Of a DNA stretch of 64,000 nt, positions 37,211 through 49,776 are shown piece by piece (position 1 is the first letter of the stretch; every line of letters starts with the position of its first letter). The notes under the pieces are model-generated. The model ran no database searches, was not told where the DNA came from, and was given only the letters and a program-made list of their open reading frames with translations. Origin of the DNA: Octopus vulgaris. Lineage: Eukaryota. The stretch is taken from assembly GCA_951406725.2 (NCBI GenBank), contig OX597814.1, positions 201,872,001 to 201,936,000 of the forward strand. The letters run 5' to 3'. The position numbers and the translations under genes were made by a program.

Positions 37211-37819
37211 CTGGTTATTAGCTTGTTAGCACCTCATACCACATCCTGGCTAGCAAAGTATTCCAAAATCAAAAGGGGACCCATAAGTCTTTGACTGATA
37301 TAAATTGGAGCACTACACAACACCAAAACAAGATCCAGTCGGCTTATCACAGAGTGAGTAACAAAACCAATACTTTAAATGTCGAAAGGAAAGGTCAAAT
37401 TGACATTACAATGGTTCCATAAATGGTTTATTTGCATATTATGACATGACCAAATGAACTTATCTTAAAACATTCATTTGGCTGGTGGTGCTTTCAAATC
37501 ATGACATTTGAGGAAGCAAATGGACTATAGAATTATTACATGCTTCCATAAAATTGTGACATGATTACATAACATTGTAGGAATTACATATGATTCTATG
37601 AGATATGGAATAAAAATATTGTCAGCTTACGCAAATAATTGTAATGTCAATTTGACTTCTCCTTTCACTTTAATTATTAATTCATATATATGCTTGACAA
37701 AGGAATAAATTATATACCCATTAACCCCCAAAATTACACACACACACATACACACACATATATATATCTATATATTAGAATAACTTCCCTTTATTCAATG
37801 GTTTTGTCATAGCGTTCTC

Positions 37820-37891
37820 GTCTTAATAACTGATGAAAAATGCCTAGAAGCTTTTAGCTCTGGTATTTGAAACTCTGAGTATTATTATGAC
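37820..37891 (+). ncRNA. canonical type I hammerhead ribozyme motif
   Basis: taataa CTGATGA a AAATGCC...GGTATTT GAAA ctctgag TA ttatta; all three stems pair; GUA site ends at 37881. Confidence 0.8.
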
Positions 37892-37906
37892 AACTTACTG
37901 ATTGTC

Positions 37907-37946
<40 letters not shown>

Positions 37947-38434
37947 TAGATAGATAGATAGATATATAGATATATAGATATATAGATAGATAGATAGATA
38001 ATAGATAGATAATAGATAGATAAATTCCTCTATTTACATAATATCGTGGTCTCATTCATTCTTTTGTTGTCATATTATTATTATTATTAATATATATATA
38101 TATATAAACACACACACACACACACACACACAGATACATGAGATTCTGAAGAACAAGGAAAGGACCTTGACAAAGAAAAATCTGGCTGATTGCTTAACCA
38201 ATACATAAAACAAATGATTGATTAGCATGCTAACGAGGTGACAGCTGAGATTATATTATCCCTTTATTCTATCTATCTATCTATCTATTTGTCTGTATAT
38301 ATATTTGTTAGATGGTTAGATATTTAACTGATTGACTAACAATAATGAAATGATACTGAAGTAGTGCATGTGTTTATTATTATTGGTGTGATGACCCACT
38401 CAAAACACAAGATTTGTTTCAACACATGAATTCA

Positions 38435-38791
38435 CATGCGGCCATGCTGGAGCACCGCCCTTAGTCGAGCAAATCGACCCCAGGACTTATTCTTTAGAAG
38501 CCTAGTACTTATTCTATCGGACTCTCTTTTGCTGAACTGCTAAGTTACCGGGACGTAAACACACCAGCATCAGTTGTCAAGCGATGTTGGCGGGACAAAC
38601 ACAGACACACAAACATATACACACACATATATATACATATATACGACGGGCTTCTTTCAGTTTCCATCTACCAAATCCACTCTCAAGGCTTTGATTGGCC
38701 TGAGGCTATAGTAGATGACACTTGCCCAAGGTGCCACGCAGTGGGACTGAACCTGGAACCATGTGGTTGGTAAGCAAGCTACTTACCACAC
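38435..38791 (-). mobile_element. family K SINE
   Basis: reverse complement of 25600-25945. Confidence 0.9.
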
Positions 38792-39718
38792 TACATAAGA
38801 TAATAGGTACATGCAATGAGGGTCAAGGTTGAATTTGTGCCTAATCTCCAACGTTAAGTGCTGGAATCAGATACCTGCCAAAATGAAGATAGGCTATGAG
38901 CAATGTTTCAATCATGCTGATATAATATGTGAAATAGAGCGAAAGGATAGATACATATCAAGTCAGTTTATAAGATATTTATACTCAGAAATAATATATT
39001 GAAGAGAAGCACAACTATGCATAAAATAAAAATGTATTGCAACAAATCAAAGAAGTCTGGAAAGTAAAAAAGTTTGCCTTAGTTCAGATGTAGATAGTTG
39101 CATTCCAGGATATGATAGAAAGGAAGTTCATAGTGTTGATGGGACATAGTTTGGTAACTCCATCAATAGTGCTACAGATAAAAATTTTGGAATTAATAGA
39201 AAAAAGAGGTGTGCAGGTAGTTCTTTACATCTGTTTCTGGAATAGTCGCATGATTGATGAATATATCTGCATGTTACCTACACTACCAAAATCTTGTGGT
39301 AACATATTCCATCGTCAGAAGAATAATGGTTAGAAAAAGGGGAGGCAGATATATCAAGGGTCTAAACCTAAATTTGCCTTTTATCTTTCTGTGGTCAGTT
39401 CGTTAATAAAATAATGAGCCAATCAAGCACTAAGGTCAAATTAATCAATCATATTATCCTAAAACTGTGTAACCATGTGCCAATTTTACAAATCAATAAT
39501 TGATTTTCTTTTAATATTGATTATTTCAAAAGTCCAAGAATATTATTCACAAAGTCTTTATATATATTTTTGTTTCCTTCACATTAAGCTGCCATCATTG
39601 CTGCTGCTGCTGTTGTTGCTTCTGTGGTTGTTGCTGCTGTTGTTGTTGTTGTTGTTGTTACTGCTGTTTTTGCTATTGTTGTTTAGCCCAGGGCCATCAA
39701 ACAAAACCAAGACTGTTA

Positions 39719-39921
39719 ACGATGATGATTTTTAACGATGATGCTGATAGCAATGACAACGATGATGGTAATTACGACAACGACTATGACGACAATGACA
39801 ATGACGATGATGACGACGACGATGATAATGATGCTGAGGAGGAGGAGGAGGATGGTGATGATGATGATGATAATGATGACGATGATGACGATGATGATGA
39901 TGATGATGATGATGATGGTGG

Positions 39922-39975
<54 letters not shown>

Positions 39976-40012
39976 CGATGATGGTGGTGGTGGTGGTGGT
40001 GGTGGTGGTGGG
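39719..40012. repeat. degenerate (GAT)n/(GGT)n repeat
   Basis: direct reading. Confidence 0.9.
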
Positions 40013-40310
40013 TGTTGAGGATGATCTAGCCTAAGTCTACAACATTTTATAATCAATTATTGAAAAGTACCCAAATCTTAAACAGCAACAACAACAACTT
40101 CAGCAACAAGTAAACGTGTTGTGCACAAATAAAATATTAAAAATTCTTCTATTTCTCTGTTTTTCTGTATTTTTCAGTCTATAATTTAATATTTTCCAAT
40201 ATTTTATTTTAAGTGAACAGGAAAATAAGAAGTTTTTTAGCACAAAATTTTATTAAAGAAACACCACTTCAAATTTTTTTCCAAATATAGATGCATGTAT
40301 TTGTGTATGC

Positions 40311-40361
<51 letters not shown>

Positions 40362-40582
40362 TGTGTGTGTGTGTATGCATGTATGGTTGTAAAGATGTTT
40401 CAAGTGCATCTCATGCATTTTGAAAAATGTTTGTGTTCATATATGTATGTGTGTGTATGTGTGTGTGTGCATATGCGTGTGTATGCGTATGTGTGTGTGA
40501 GCGTGTGTATGTATATATATATATGTGTGTGTGTATGTATGTATATAACTATATATATATGTATATGTTTGTAAGCATATAA

Positions 40583-40724
<142 letters not shown>

Positions 40725-41303
40725 TCACACACACACATTTATAAAAGTATATATATTGATTGAATTTCTGTAGACTTCCCTGCCATAAGCTTTTTCGACC
40801 ATTAGCTCTATACATCAACAGTCACAAATTAATTTGTTTCAGCGTCATATTTTTTACAGTTAGAATTTTATGTCTGTATCCAAGTGCTAATCTTTGATTT
40901 GCGTATTGTTTGCATGTTCAGTTTGGCATTGTATTCTAATATGAATGGCTTCCATAATTAATCTTCTATTTCTTGTGGGAAATTTTAATAAAATATTAAA
41001 AGTCCCCACAAGAAATAGAAGATTAATTAGTTTTAATAAAATATGTAAGTGTTCACCTCTGGTATTTCTCTAATTTTCTTTAGTGGTGTTTGATGTAAAG
41101 TTATGCAATAGATCCTTGTTCTAAGTGCTTGATAAATCCCCAACAGAGTGTTCAACTAGTTTGTCCAATGTAATAGTTAGAGTCCTGAAGTTTGCAACTT
41201 TCAAATTTATAATTTAGGCATAGGCGTGGCTGTGTGGTACGATGATTGCCTTATCACCACATGATTCCAGATTCGGTTCCACTGCATGACATTTTGTCTT
41301 CTA

Positions 41304-42594
41304 TTAGGTTGTTAAGAAAGTTCTTGCGGTTTTTAACCTTTAAATTCAGATGCACATATCTTGGCTCAAACAAAACTTTATTAATCGAAATAAACACCAT
41401 CAGAATCAACACACTTTTACCAACGTGAAACAAGTTTATTTATGCCAGTAGCGTATAAATCATGTGTTTTGGTGTCAATGAAGTCGTTGAAGGCGTGTTT
41501 GGCATCGTTCTGGTTTTTGAGGCATTTTTCACACAGGAAGTTGTCGAGGTGCTTGAAAAAGTGATAATCGGTAGGTGAGAGCTCTGGTGAGTATGGCAGA
41601 TGAGGCAGAGTTTCATAGCCCAATTCGTTTAACTTCTGCAGGTTCAGTTGTGTGACGTGCGGCCGAGCATTGGCATGGAGAAAAATTGGTCCTTTTCTAT
41701 TGACCAATGCTGGCTGTTGTTGTCACAGTTTCTCATGCATTTCATCCATTTGCTGACAGAATTTCTCCGCCGTAATGATTTCACCTGGATCCAAAAAGCT
41801 GTGATGGATGAGAACGGCTGCAGACCACCAAACAGTCACCATGACCTTCTTTTGGTGCAACTTTGGCTTCGGAAGTGCCGTGGAGATTCGGCGGCGTCCA
41901 ACCACTGAGCTGAGCGTCGCCGGTTGTCGTAAAGAATCCACTTTTCTTCGCAAATCACAATCCAGTTGAGAAACGGGTCGTTCTTGTCGCGTAAAAGAAA
42001 GGAAGACGACATTTCAAAACAGCATTTTTTTGGTGGGGTTGTCCTTCAATTCGTGCGACACCCATTCCTCAAGTATTTTTGATTTTCCAATTTCTTTCAA
42101 GTGGTTGGAAATTATCGTATTCATTACGTCTAATTCAGAAGCAAGCTCTCAAACAGTTGTGCGTGGATTGGCTTCAACTCAGGCTCTTAGTTGATCGTTG
42201 TCAACCTCCGATGGCCGACCACTACGCTTATCATCTTCAAGACTCTTGTCACCGCTACGAAATTTCTTGAACCACTATTGTGCTGTACGTTTATTAGTGG
42301 TTCTTAGGTCAAATGCATCGTTGATATCGCGAGCTCTTTCAGAAGCTTTTCGGCCTAGCTTGAACTGGAACAAGAAAATTGTGCGAATTTGCTTTTTGTC
42401 CACGTTGTATTCAACGTTCTGGAAAAAATGGCCTAATTATTCAAAAATAAAAAAGAGTAGCAGGATTAGATAGAGCGAAAAACGGGCTTTAAAATGATAT
42501 ATAAAGACAAAGAAATTTAATGAGAATTAATTTGAAAATACATAATTTAAAACGAAAATTAAAAATTCCACAAGAACTCTTTTTGACAACCTAA
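41304..42594 (-). mobile_element. full-length mariner transposon (cecropia subfamily, Hsmar1-like), 1291 bp
   Basis: TIRs TTAGGTTGTTAAGAAAGTTCTTGCGG and TTAGGTTGTCAAAAAGAGTTCTTGTGG; TA TSD at 41302-41303 and 42595-42596. Confidence 0.95.
41381..42403 (-). pseudogene. mariner transposase pseudogene (DD34D)
   Basis: DKKQIRTIFLFQFKLGRKA, WVSHEL, CEEKWILYDN, KKVMVTVWWSAA, HANARPH, YSPELSPTDYHFF; frameshifts and stops. Confidence 0.95.
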
Positions 42595-42662
42595 TACTAC
42601 AGCTTTGGGCTGACCCAAGACTTGTGAGTGGATTTGGTAGATGGGAACTAAAAGAAGCTCAT

Positions 42663-43164
42663 TGTCTCCTTTGTTAATCATTAGAAGAATACTCTCACAT
42701 GGCTAAAAGTTGTTTGACTCTTATTTTTAGCAACACTGATGCTGATTAGCACCCTCCGTCACTTTAGTGAAGATTATACTTATTGCCTTTTGGTTGTAAA
42801 TTGTGAATAGCTACCTTAATAATTAATAGTTCTCACTTCACCATTTTCGGAACCAGTCAATGTTTCCTATGGTGTTTTCTATAAGACTGACAAGGTGAGT
42901 TAAGTTCTTTAACCCTTGGCAACATAGTAATGAGTCACTGATGAAGAGTAATCACCTCTGAAATCAGTGGTGATATGATTCCACCTAGCTTGCCATAGAG
43001 AGTCTGTCTCCCCTGTTAATCATTAGAAAAGTGCTCTCATGTGACTAAGAGTTGTTTTGCTTCTTATTTCTAGCAATGCTGCCACTGACTAGCACCTTAC
43101 GTAGCTTTAATGACGTTACTTGTTGCCTTTCGGTTGCAAATTGCGAATAACCACCTTAATAATT
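42663..43164 (+). mobile_element. 1.5-unit tandem repeat (period ~342 bp) with hammerhead motif at 42934-42974
   Basis: 42663-42824 repeats at 43005-43164; gtca CTGATGA AGAG taatcac CTCT GAAA tcagtgg tgat lies between them. Confidence 0.65.
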
Positions 43165-43166
43165 TG

Positions 43167-43277
<111 letters not shown>

Positions 43278-43321
43278 CATGTATGTATGTATGTATGTAT
43301 GTATGTATGTATGTATGTATG

Positions 43322-43353
<32 letters not shown>

Positions 43354-43388
43354 AACAAAAGACGAAGACAGGTGTATGAACAACAAGC

Positions 43389-43485
<97 letters not shown>

Positions 43486-43512
43486 AGAAAAAAGCAACAA
43501 GAATGGATTAGT

Positions 43513-43606
43513 TGTTCAGTACAATTGTTTCATACGAAGAACAGCTTTATTAAAAGCTGCAAATATTGCAGCAAATATAAGTGTCCCGTATTCATCAGCC
43601 AAAACA
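43513..43606 (-). ncRNA. type I hammerhead ribozyme motif with long stem II
   Basis: tgttttgg CTGATGA ATACGGG...TTCGTAT GAAA caattg TA ctgaaca. Confidence 0.75.
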
Positions 43607-44086
43607 CACATGAGTTTTCAAAAGAGAGCAAAGTTAGATTGTAAGCAGATTTCAAAAGTTCTGTAATGATGCACAGTTTTATAAAAGGTTTTTAAAAAAG
43701 TTTGTTAGCTTCACAGAAAAGGTTAATCCATCCATAATAATGCAGGTGTAATTTCCGGAGATATGAGATATTTCATACTCAGAGACGAGGAATTTGTCCA
43801 TAATAATGTAGATGCAATTTCCTGATATATGAGAAGATGCTGATCACACTTCTGTTCATTTCACAAAACTACTATGTTAGAAGAAGAGATTGACTATATT
43901 GGCTAACAGGAGTCAGTGAAGCAGAAACCAACCAAATAAGGGCATTATTAAAAACCTTTTATAAAACTGTGCATCATTAGAGAACTTTTGAAGTCTGCTT
44001 ACAATCTAACTTTGCTTTTTATAGAACTCTCTTCAATACTTCATGAGTGTAGCCTCACCCCCTAAGATGTTTGGAAAACTCATATG

Positions 44087-44180
44087 TGTTTTGGCTGATG
44101 AATACCGGACACTTATATTTGCTGCAATATTTGCAGCTTTTAATAAAGCTGTTCTTCGTATGAAACAATTGTACTGAACA
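44087..44180 (+). ncRNA. type I hammerhead ribozyme motif, inverted twin of 43513-43606
   Basis: CTGATGA 44095-44101, ATAC/GTAT stem II, GAAA 44162-44165, palindrome ACAATTGT, GUA ending at 44173. Confidence 0.75.
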
Positions 44181-44327
44181 ACTAATCCATTCTTGTTGCT
44201 TTTTTCTTGTTTATAATCACCCCACATTATTTTATGGTTAATACCATATAGATTTCTGGTGCATCTAAGTTAAGTACCGCATTCATGTGAATTCATTGAA
44301 ACTCACTTGAATCTTAATTGTTTTTTA

Positions 44328-44367
<40 letters not shown>

Positions 44368-44441
44368 GAATTTTATAGAAAAACAAAAGACGAAGACAGG
44401 TGTAGGAACAACAAGCAAGTATATCAGGAAGGTGAGAAAGT

Positions 44442-44477
44442 CTTTTACGTTTCGAACTTATACTCTTCAAAAGAAGG
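44442..44477 (-). ncRNA. degenerate minimal hammerhead, family B
   Basis: cctt CTTTTGA A GAGT ataa GTTC GAAA CGTA aaag. Confidence 0.4.
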
Positions 44478-45095
44478 GAACACAAAGAAATAAACAGAGA
44501 GAGAAAAAAAAACTTGTGGATATATATATGCTTAACACACTTCAACACTGTAAAAAAAATTATATTTTTTTTAAATACCATAATAAAAAACATGAAAACC
44601 AGACCATGTTTTAACTTTATTCAGCTGATATATTATTCTATACACATTCAAACAAATTCGGAAAAAGAAATATATATGTATATATACACTAGGGTAATGA
44701 CTTTTATAAGTTTTTCTGAAATTGAACATGACCAGGGCGACTTGCTATGATAAATGATGATGAAACTGACTAGTGGTTCGTTTTTTAAAAAACTTTCAAA
44801 AACCTCCCCCACCAACTAATATTTCTATTTTCAAATGTGTCATACTTGCATTGCCTTAGTCAAATTCACATTACATTTGGCATTAGTGCTTCTCACAATT
44901 TTATTAGATTAAAAGGAGTTTATGACAGAAGTTACTTCCTGGCCAAATGCCAATACAGATATCTACAGTAGTAAAAGCTGTTTCATATCTTGAGGAGTAT
45001 TATTTGTTTTTTTGAGACACTGCATGAATGTATTATTCTTTCTATTACAGATATTAAAATCTATTGCTTTAATCAGTGAAATAAAAGCATCAATC

Positions 45096-47240
45096 ATGTC
45101 ATTTAATCAATCAAATCAAACAGTTGCAGCAAACAAGAAAAAACTGGCAAAAACATCTAATTTTGGAAAGTTTGTTAAAAAGCGAAGAATAATACCAAAT
45201 GTGGAACATGAGGTGGCTGAACTAACTAGAATCCCCAGAAAATCCAGCATCGTTGGAAGGTAGAATTCATTTGCAAAAGTTAAAAATTCCAGACATACAA
45301 GAAATCAACTCATTGCTCAGGAAGTAGAGATTCTATGGGAAAAATTTTGATTTTCCATGTATAACGTTTAAGTCTATTGTAAGAAAAGTAAATACTCTGT
45401 TGACAGGGTACGATGCCCATTTGAAGCGTCCAAAACCAGGTCAAAGTTTTGAAGATTTGTTTGGCATTACTAATCAACATGGCAGCTGGTTATCTAAAGA
45501 AGTCAAAGACATTTACAGTACACAAATTCAAAGTGGCGGTGTAACTGGCTACACCACGTCTCGGTTAGCTATGGTTCATTCTTCAAAGCGAACACCTTCC
45601 TCGTCAAGAGTGTCAGCTTCAAATTCACAAGCGTTTCTCCCAAATGCTGAAGCAGGTAAAGTAACGTGCCTAAAAAATTCTCAAATATTACACAAATTTT
45701 TTTGTATGCATTGATGTCACTAATATGTACGCCATTTCTTGCAGATACATCGTCATCATCATGTCTTCTGATTCTGCAAATGAAATCACATTACCAATAG
45801 ACGAACAACTTGGCACCTCTAAACAACATCATTCAACTCAGAAGGCAATGAACTTGCTGGAAAAGGAAAAAAAGAATTTAAGCAGTCATAAAGCAGCCAA
45901 CGTCTGCAAACAGGTGAGAGAGGAAGGAGTACTTCTCCCCGCTCTATCACAGCCAGGGATGTACAAAGCTGCTATGAGAGAGGCTGCAAAGATGAAGTAG
46001 GAACTAAAAGAAACTGAAAAAATGACCAGTGGGTGCTCCATTTTGATAGAAAGGTTATGAAGGGTAAAGAAAGACAAGTTGTTGTAGTGAAAAACAAAAC
46101 ACAAGAGAAATAAAATTAGCAGCACTAACTCTGAAGAATGGCAGAGCAGATACCATTTTTCAAGGACTAAAGGAAATTTTCGATGATAACGAATTGTGGC
46201 CAGCAATAAAAATGATCCTCACAGACACATGTAGTATAAATACAGGAAAGCGTATTGGAGTGGTCATTCAACTTCAGAACGAATTTATGAAGCGTGGATG
46301 TCCTGCACCTCAGTACATTGGTTGCCAACATCATGTGTTAGACCGCCTCCTAAAACATGAGATGGATGATACACTGAAAGGAAAAACTGCATTATCAAAT
46401 ATATCATATCCGTTCATAGACGATTTAATAAAAAAAACACGACGAGGATTTGGTGGAAGGATGGAAACAAGGTCAAGCAAAACTTCAAATGAATGATAAT
46501 CCAGGTTGAAGAGATCATCATCGTCGTCGTTTAACGTCTGCTTTCCATGCTAGCATGGGTTGGACGATTTTGACTGAAGGCTGGCGAACCAGATGGCTGC
46601 ACCATCCTTCAATCTTGATCTGGCAGAGTTTCTACAGCTGGATGCCTTTCCTAACGCCAACCACTCCGAGAGTGTAGTGGGTGCTTTTTACGTACCACCG
46701 GCACAGGGCCAGTCAGGCGGTACTGGCAACGAGCTCGCTCGAATCTTTTTACACATGCCACCGGCACAGGTGCCAGTAAGGCGACGACCATAACTTTTTA
46801 TTTGAACTTGGTCATGCTTTCCGATTATATTAGTAACAAACCATTTTCCCAGAAATCAAGTTTAGAAAACTTCTTAGACTTAGCAATGCACGTTGGAATT
46901 CACGAGCAATCTTGGCCATCCTCACGTACAGGATTCTACCACAAAGTAGAGAAAAACTCTACGACGTGTGTTGTTTTATCAGCGGAAACTGGATGGAAAT
47001 GTGGTTTTGTGACCAAAGGGTTGACAGCATGGCCTGCCAGAAACTTTCAGAAGCAGATTCCGGATATACTAAAGCAAGCGAATGCTTGAAAGTTAATTGG
47101 AATCTTGAAAAATCAGTAATTCGAGATGTTCAGCGTTCAAACATATGTGCTGAACGTGCAGTAAAAATAATGTAGGAATTAAATTGCAGGTCTTCTGAAG
47201 AATCAAATCTGTGATTTGTTTTAACCAACAAGGATCTTTG
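45096..47240 (+). pseudogene. hATm-like transposase pseudogene
   Basis: LHFD(R)K near 46036, ILTDTCSINTG, IGCQHHVLD (CxxH), *RDDHNFLFEL, NARWNSRAI, NICAERAVK; many stops and frameshifts. Confidence 0.8.
46516..46785 (-). mobile_element. family R RTE 3' end inserted in the transposase
   Basis: Removing it restores ...AGAGAT|GACCATAAC... (RDDHN). Confidence 0.88.
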
Positions 47241-47318
47241 AAAACTGCTGTTGTATTCGGCAGCACTTATTACATAAACAATGCATAAAAGTACGCCTTA
47301 TTACTTGAACAATATATG

Positions 47319-47367
<49 letters not shown>

Positions 47368-47652
47368 GTTTAACGTCTGTTTTCCATGCTAGCATGAGTT
47401 GGACGATTTTGACTGAGGGCTGGCGAACCAGATGGATGCACCAGGCTCCAGTCTTGATCTGGCAGTGTTTCTACAGCTGGATGCCCTTCCTAACGCCAAC
47501 CACTCCGTGAGTGTAGTGGGTGCTTTTTACGTGTCACCAGCACGGGGACCAGGGGAGGCTGGTAAACGGCCACGATCGGTTGGTGCTTTTTACGTGTAAC
47601 CGACACAGACACCAGTCAGGCGGCACTGGCATCGGCCACGTTCGGATGGTGC
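47319..47652 (-). mobile_element. family R RTE 3' end inserted in the hAT 3' region
   Basis: (CAT)n, conserved terminus and tandem units. Confidence 0.88.
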
Positions 47653-47823
47653 CTGTCTGTAGTAAAAGTGTTGTCAAATATATTGCCATTGGTGGGGTGG
47701 GGTGTCAAAGAAAGAAGTGATTATGATTTTTTCGTCATTTTACATTAAGTTCACCTTCTGGTACCTCGGCCCTACTCAATTTGGAAAAAGTCATTACCCT
47801 AAAGTTCACACACACACACGCAC

Positions 47824-48261
47824 ACTCCTTACTCTTTTACTCTTCTACTTGTTTCAGCCATTTGACTGTGGCCATGCTGGAGCATCGCCTTTAGTCGAGC
47901 AAATCGACCCCAGGACTTATTCTTTGTAAGCCTAGTATTTATTATATCGGTCTCTTTTGCCAAAGCGCTAAGTTACGGGGACACAAACGCACCAGCATCG
48001 GTTGTCAAGCGATGTTGGGGGACAAACACAGACACACAAACACACACACAAACACACACACACACACACACACACAAACATACATATACATATATACGAC
48101 GAGCTTCTTTCAGTTTCCATCTACCAAATCTACTCACAAGGCCTCGGTCGGCCCGAGGCTATAGTAGAAGACACTTGCCCAAGGTGCTACACAGTGGGAC
48201 TGAACCCGGAAGCATTTGGCTGGTAAGCAAGCCACTTACCACACAGCCACTCCTGCGCCTA
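47824..48261 (-). mobile_element. family K SINE, full length
   Basis: reverse complement of 25584-25989. Confidence 0.92.
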
Positions 48262-48920
48262 TATATATATATATATATATACACACACGCACAAACACAC
48301 ACACAAATGTACATCTTTGTGCCTGTATTTGTCCCCCATCGCTGCTCGACAACCGGTGTTGGTGTGTTTACATCCCTGTAACTTAGCGGTTCAGCAATAG
48401 AGACCAAAAGAGTATCACGCTCAAAAAAAGCTACTGAGATCGATTCATTCGACAAAAATTCCTTCAATGCACTGCCCCAGCATGACCACAATCTAATGAC
48501 TGAATCAAATTGTTGCTATTATGCAAAAGTGTCCTAAGTCCAAAATGTTGCCATTTCAGAAGATAAGAAAATAGTTTCACCATTCTATAGCAAAACTGTT
48601 GTACAACACTTTGACAGTTTTTGAGATCTTGGCATCTGAAGCAGCTGGAGACACGATAGTTTGACCAAACGAATTAGCTATTGCAAGCAAAAATAAATAT
48701 GGAAAAAAAAACGCGTTTGGCCAAATTTGAACAAACATAATATTAACGATATATAACTGCCCGAAACGGTAAGGATATCTGGTATTTTGATTACAGATAG
48801 AAGGCCATGAATGACTCATCCTTTTTTTCCCCTGTCCTTCTAATTGTTGATTCTCCTGTCTGCCTTTATATCGTCTATCTGTTTCATTGTCCTCTATTGC
48901 GTTTTTGTTCCATTATATAT

Positions 48921-48985
<65 letters not shown>

Positions 48986-49128
48986 TAGTTGAATGAATTA
49001 TCCTAGAATGGATAATTCGGTTAACCGATACCTGGGTAGAAAATTCACGTCAGAAAACACGGTTGAAGCTACATGCCAAGAGCAGAGATCACGTGCTTTC
49101 GTGTGGAAATTTGTGTGTTTTTTTTTAC

Positions 49129-49238
49129 TATAAATAAATGAAAGAATGGAGTCGAACGACGATTTAACAAAATTCCTTTGGGAATTCTAAAGGAATTTTG
49201 TTAAATCATCGTTCGACTCCAGTCTTTCATTTATTTAT
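49129..49238. repeat. near-perfect hairpin with ~50-bp arms
   Basis: ATAAATAAATGAAAGAATGGAGTCGAACGACGATTTAACAAAATTCCTTT, 9-nt loop, reverse complement with two mismatches. Confidence 0.92.
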
Positions 49239-49435
49239 ATATATATATATATATATACATGCCACTAAAGTGAACAAGAACACTAAAATTGCAAATTAGC
49301 CACCCATATTATTTATATATATCGTTGCTATTATACAAAAGTGTCGTAAGGCCAAAACGTTGCTTTTTCAGAAAACGAAAGTATAATTTCTCCATTCCAT
49401 AGCAAAACCCTTGTACTAAACTTTGACAATTTTTG

Positions 49436-49466
<31 letters not shown>

Positions 49467-49474
49467 TACATACA

Positions 49475-49520
<46 letters not shown>

Positions 49521-49641
49521 CATATATATACATAGTTAATCCAAACAAGAAAACACAAATAGGCAAAAAAAACACAACAACGCGAGGACGTGGAACAAAT
49601 AAAGTATTATTGGACGCTCAGGAAAGAAGGGAAGAAGGAGG

Positions 49642-49676
49642 GTCTAACGTTTCGAGCGGAGCTCTTCGTCGGAATT
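49642..49676 (-). ncRNA. minimal hammerhead motif, family A
   Basis: aatt CCGACGA A GAGC tcc GCTC GAAA CGTT agac. Confidence 0.6.
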
Positions 49677-49701
49677 AGGAGAAGGAAAGATCCTGAGAAG
49701 G

Positions 49702-49776
<75 letters not shown>

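Larger units (their letters stand above)
41216..42662 (+). mobile_element. family K SINE head split by a mariner insertion
   Basis: 41216-41303 ends GTCTTCTA; it resumes at 42595 TACTACAGC...GAGTGGATTTGGTAGATGG. Confidence 0.8.
43483..44210. mobile_element. foldback Penelope-like terminal structure, ~210-bp inverted arms
   Basis: 43483-43695 is the near-perfect reverse complement of 43948-44210, with an extra segment in the right arm. Confidence 0.85.
44690..47801 (+). mobile_element. hAT-superfamily (hATm-like) DNA transposon, degraded, both ends present
   Basis: 16-bp TIR TAGGGTAATGACTTTT at 44690 and AAAAGTCATTACCCTA ending at 47801; no clear TSD. Confidence 0.85.

Noticed and set aside
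39722-40018. Poly-Asp ORF (also 57899-58222)
   Set aside because: Degenerate (GAT)n with no splice context or unique coding flank.
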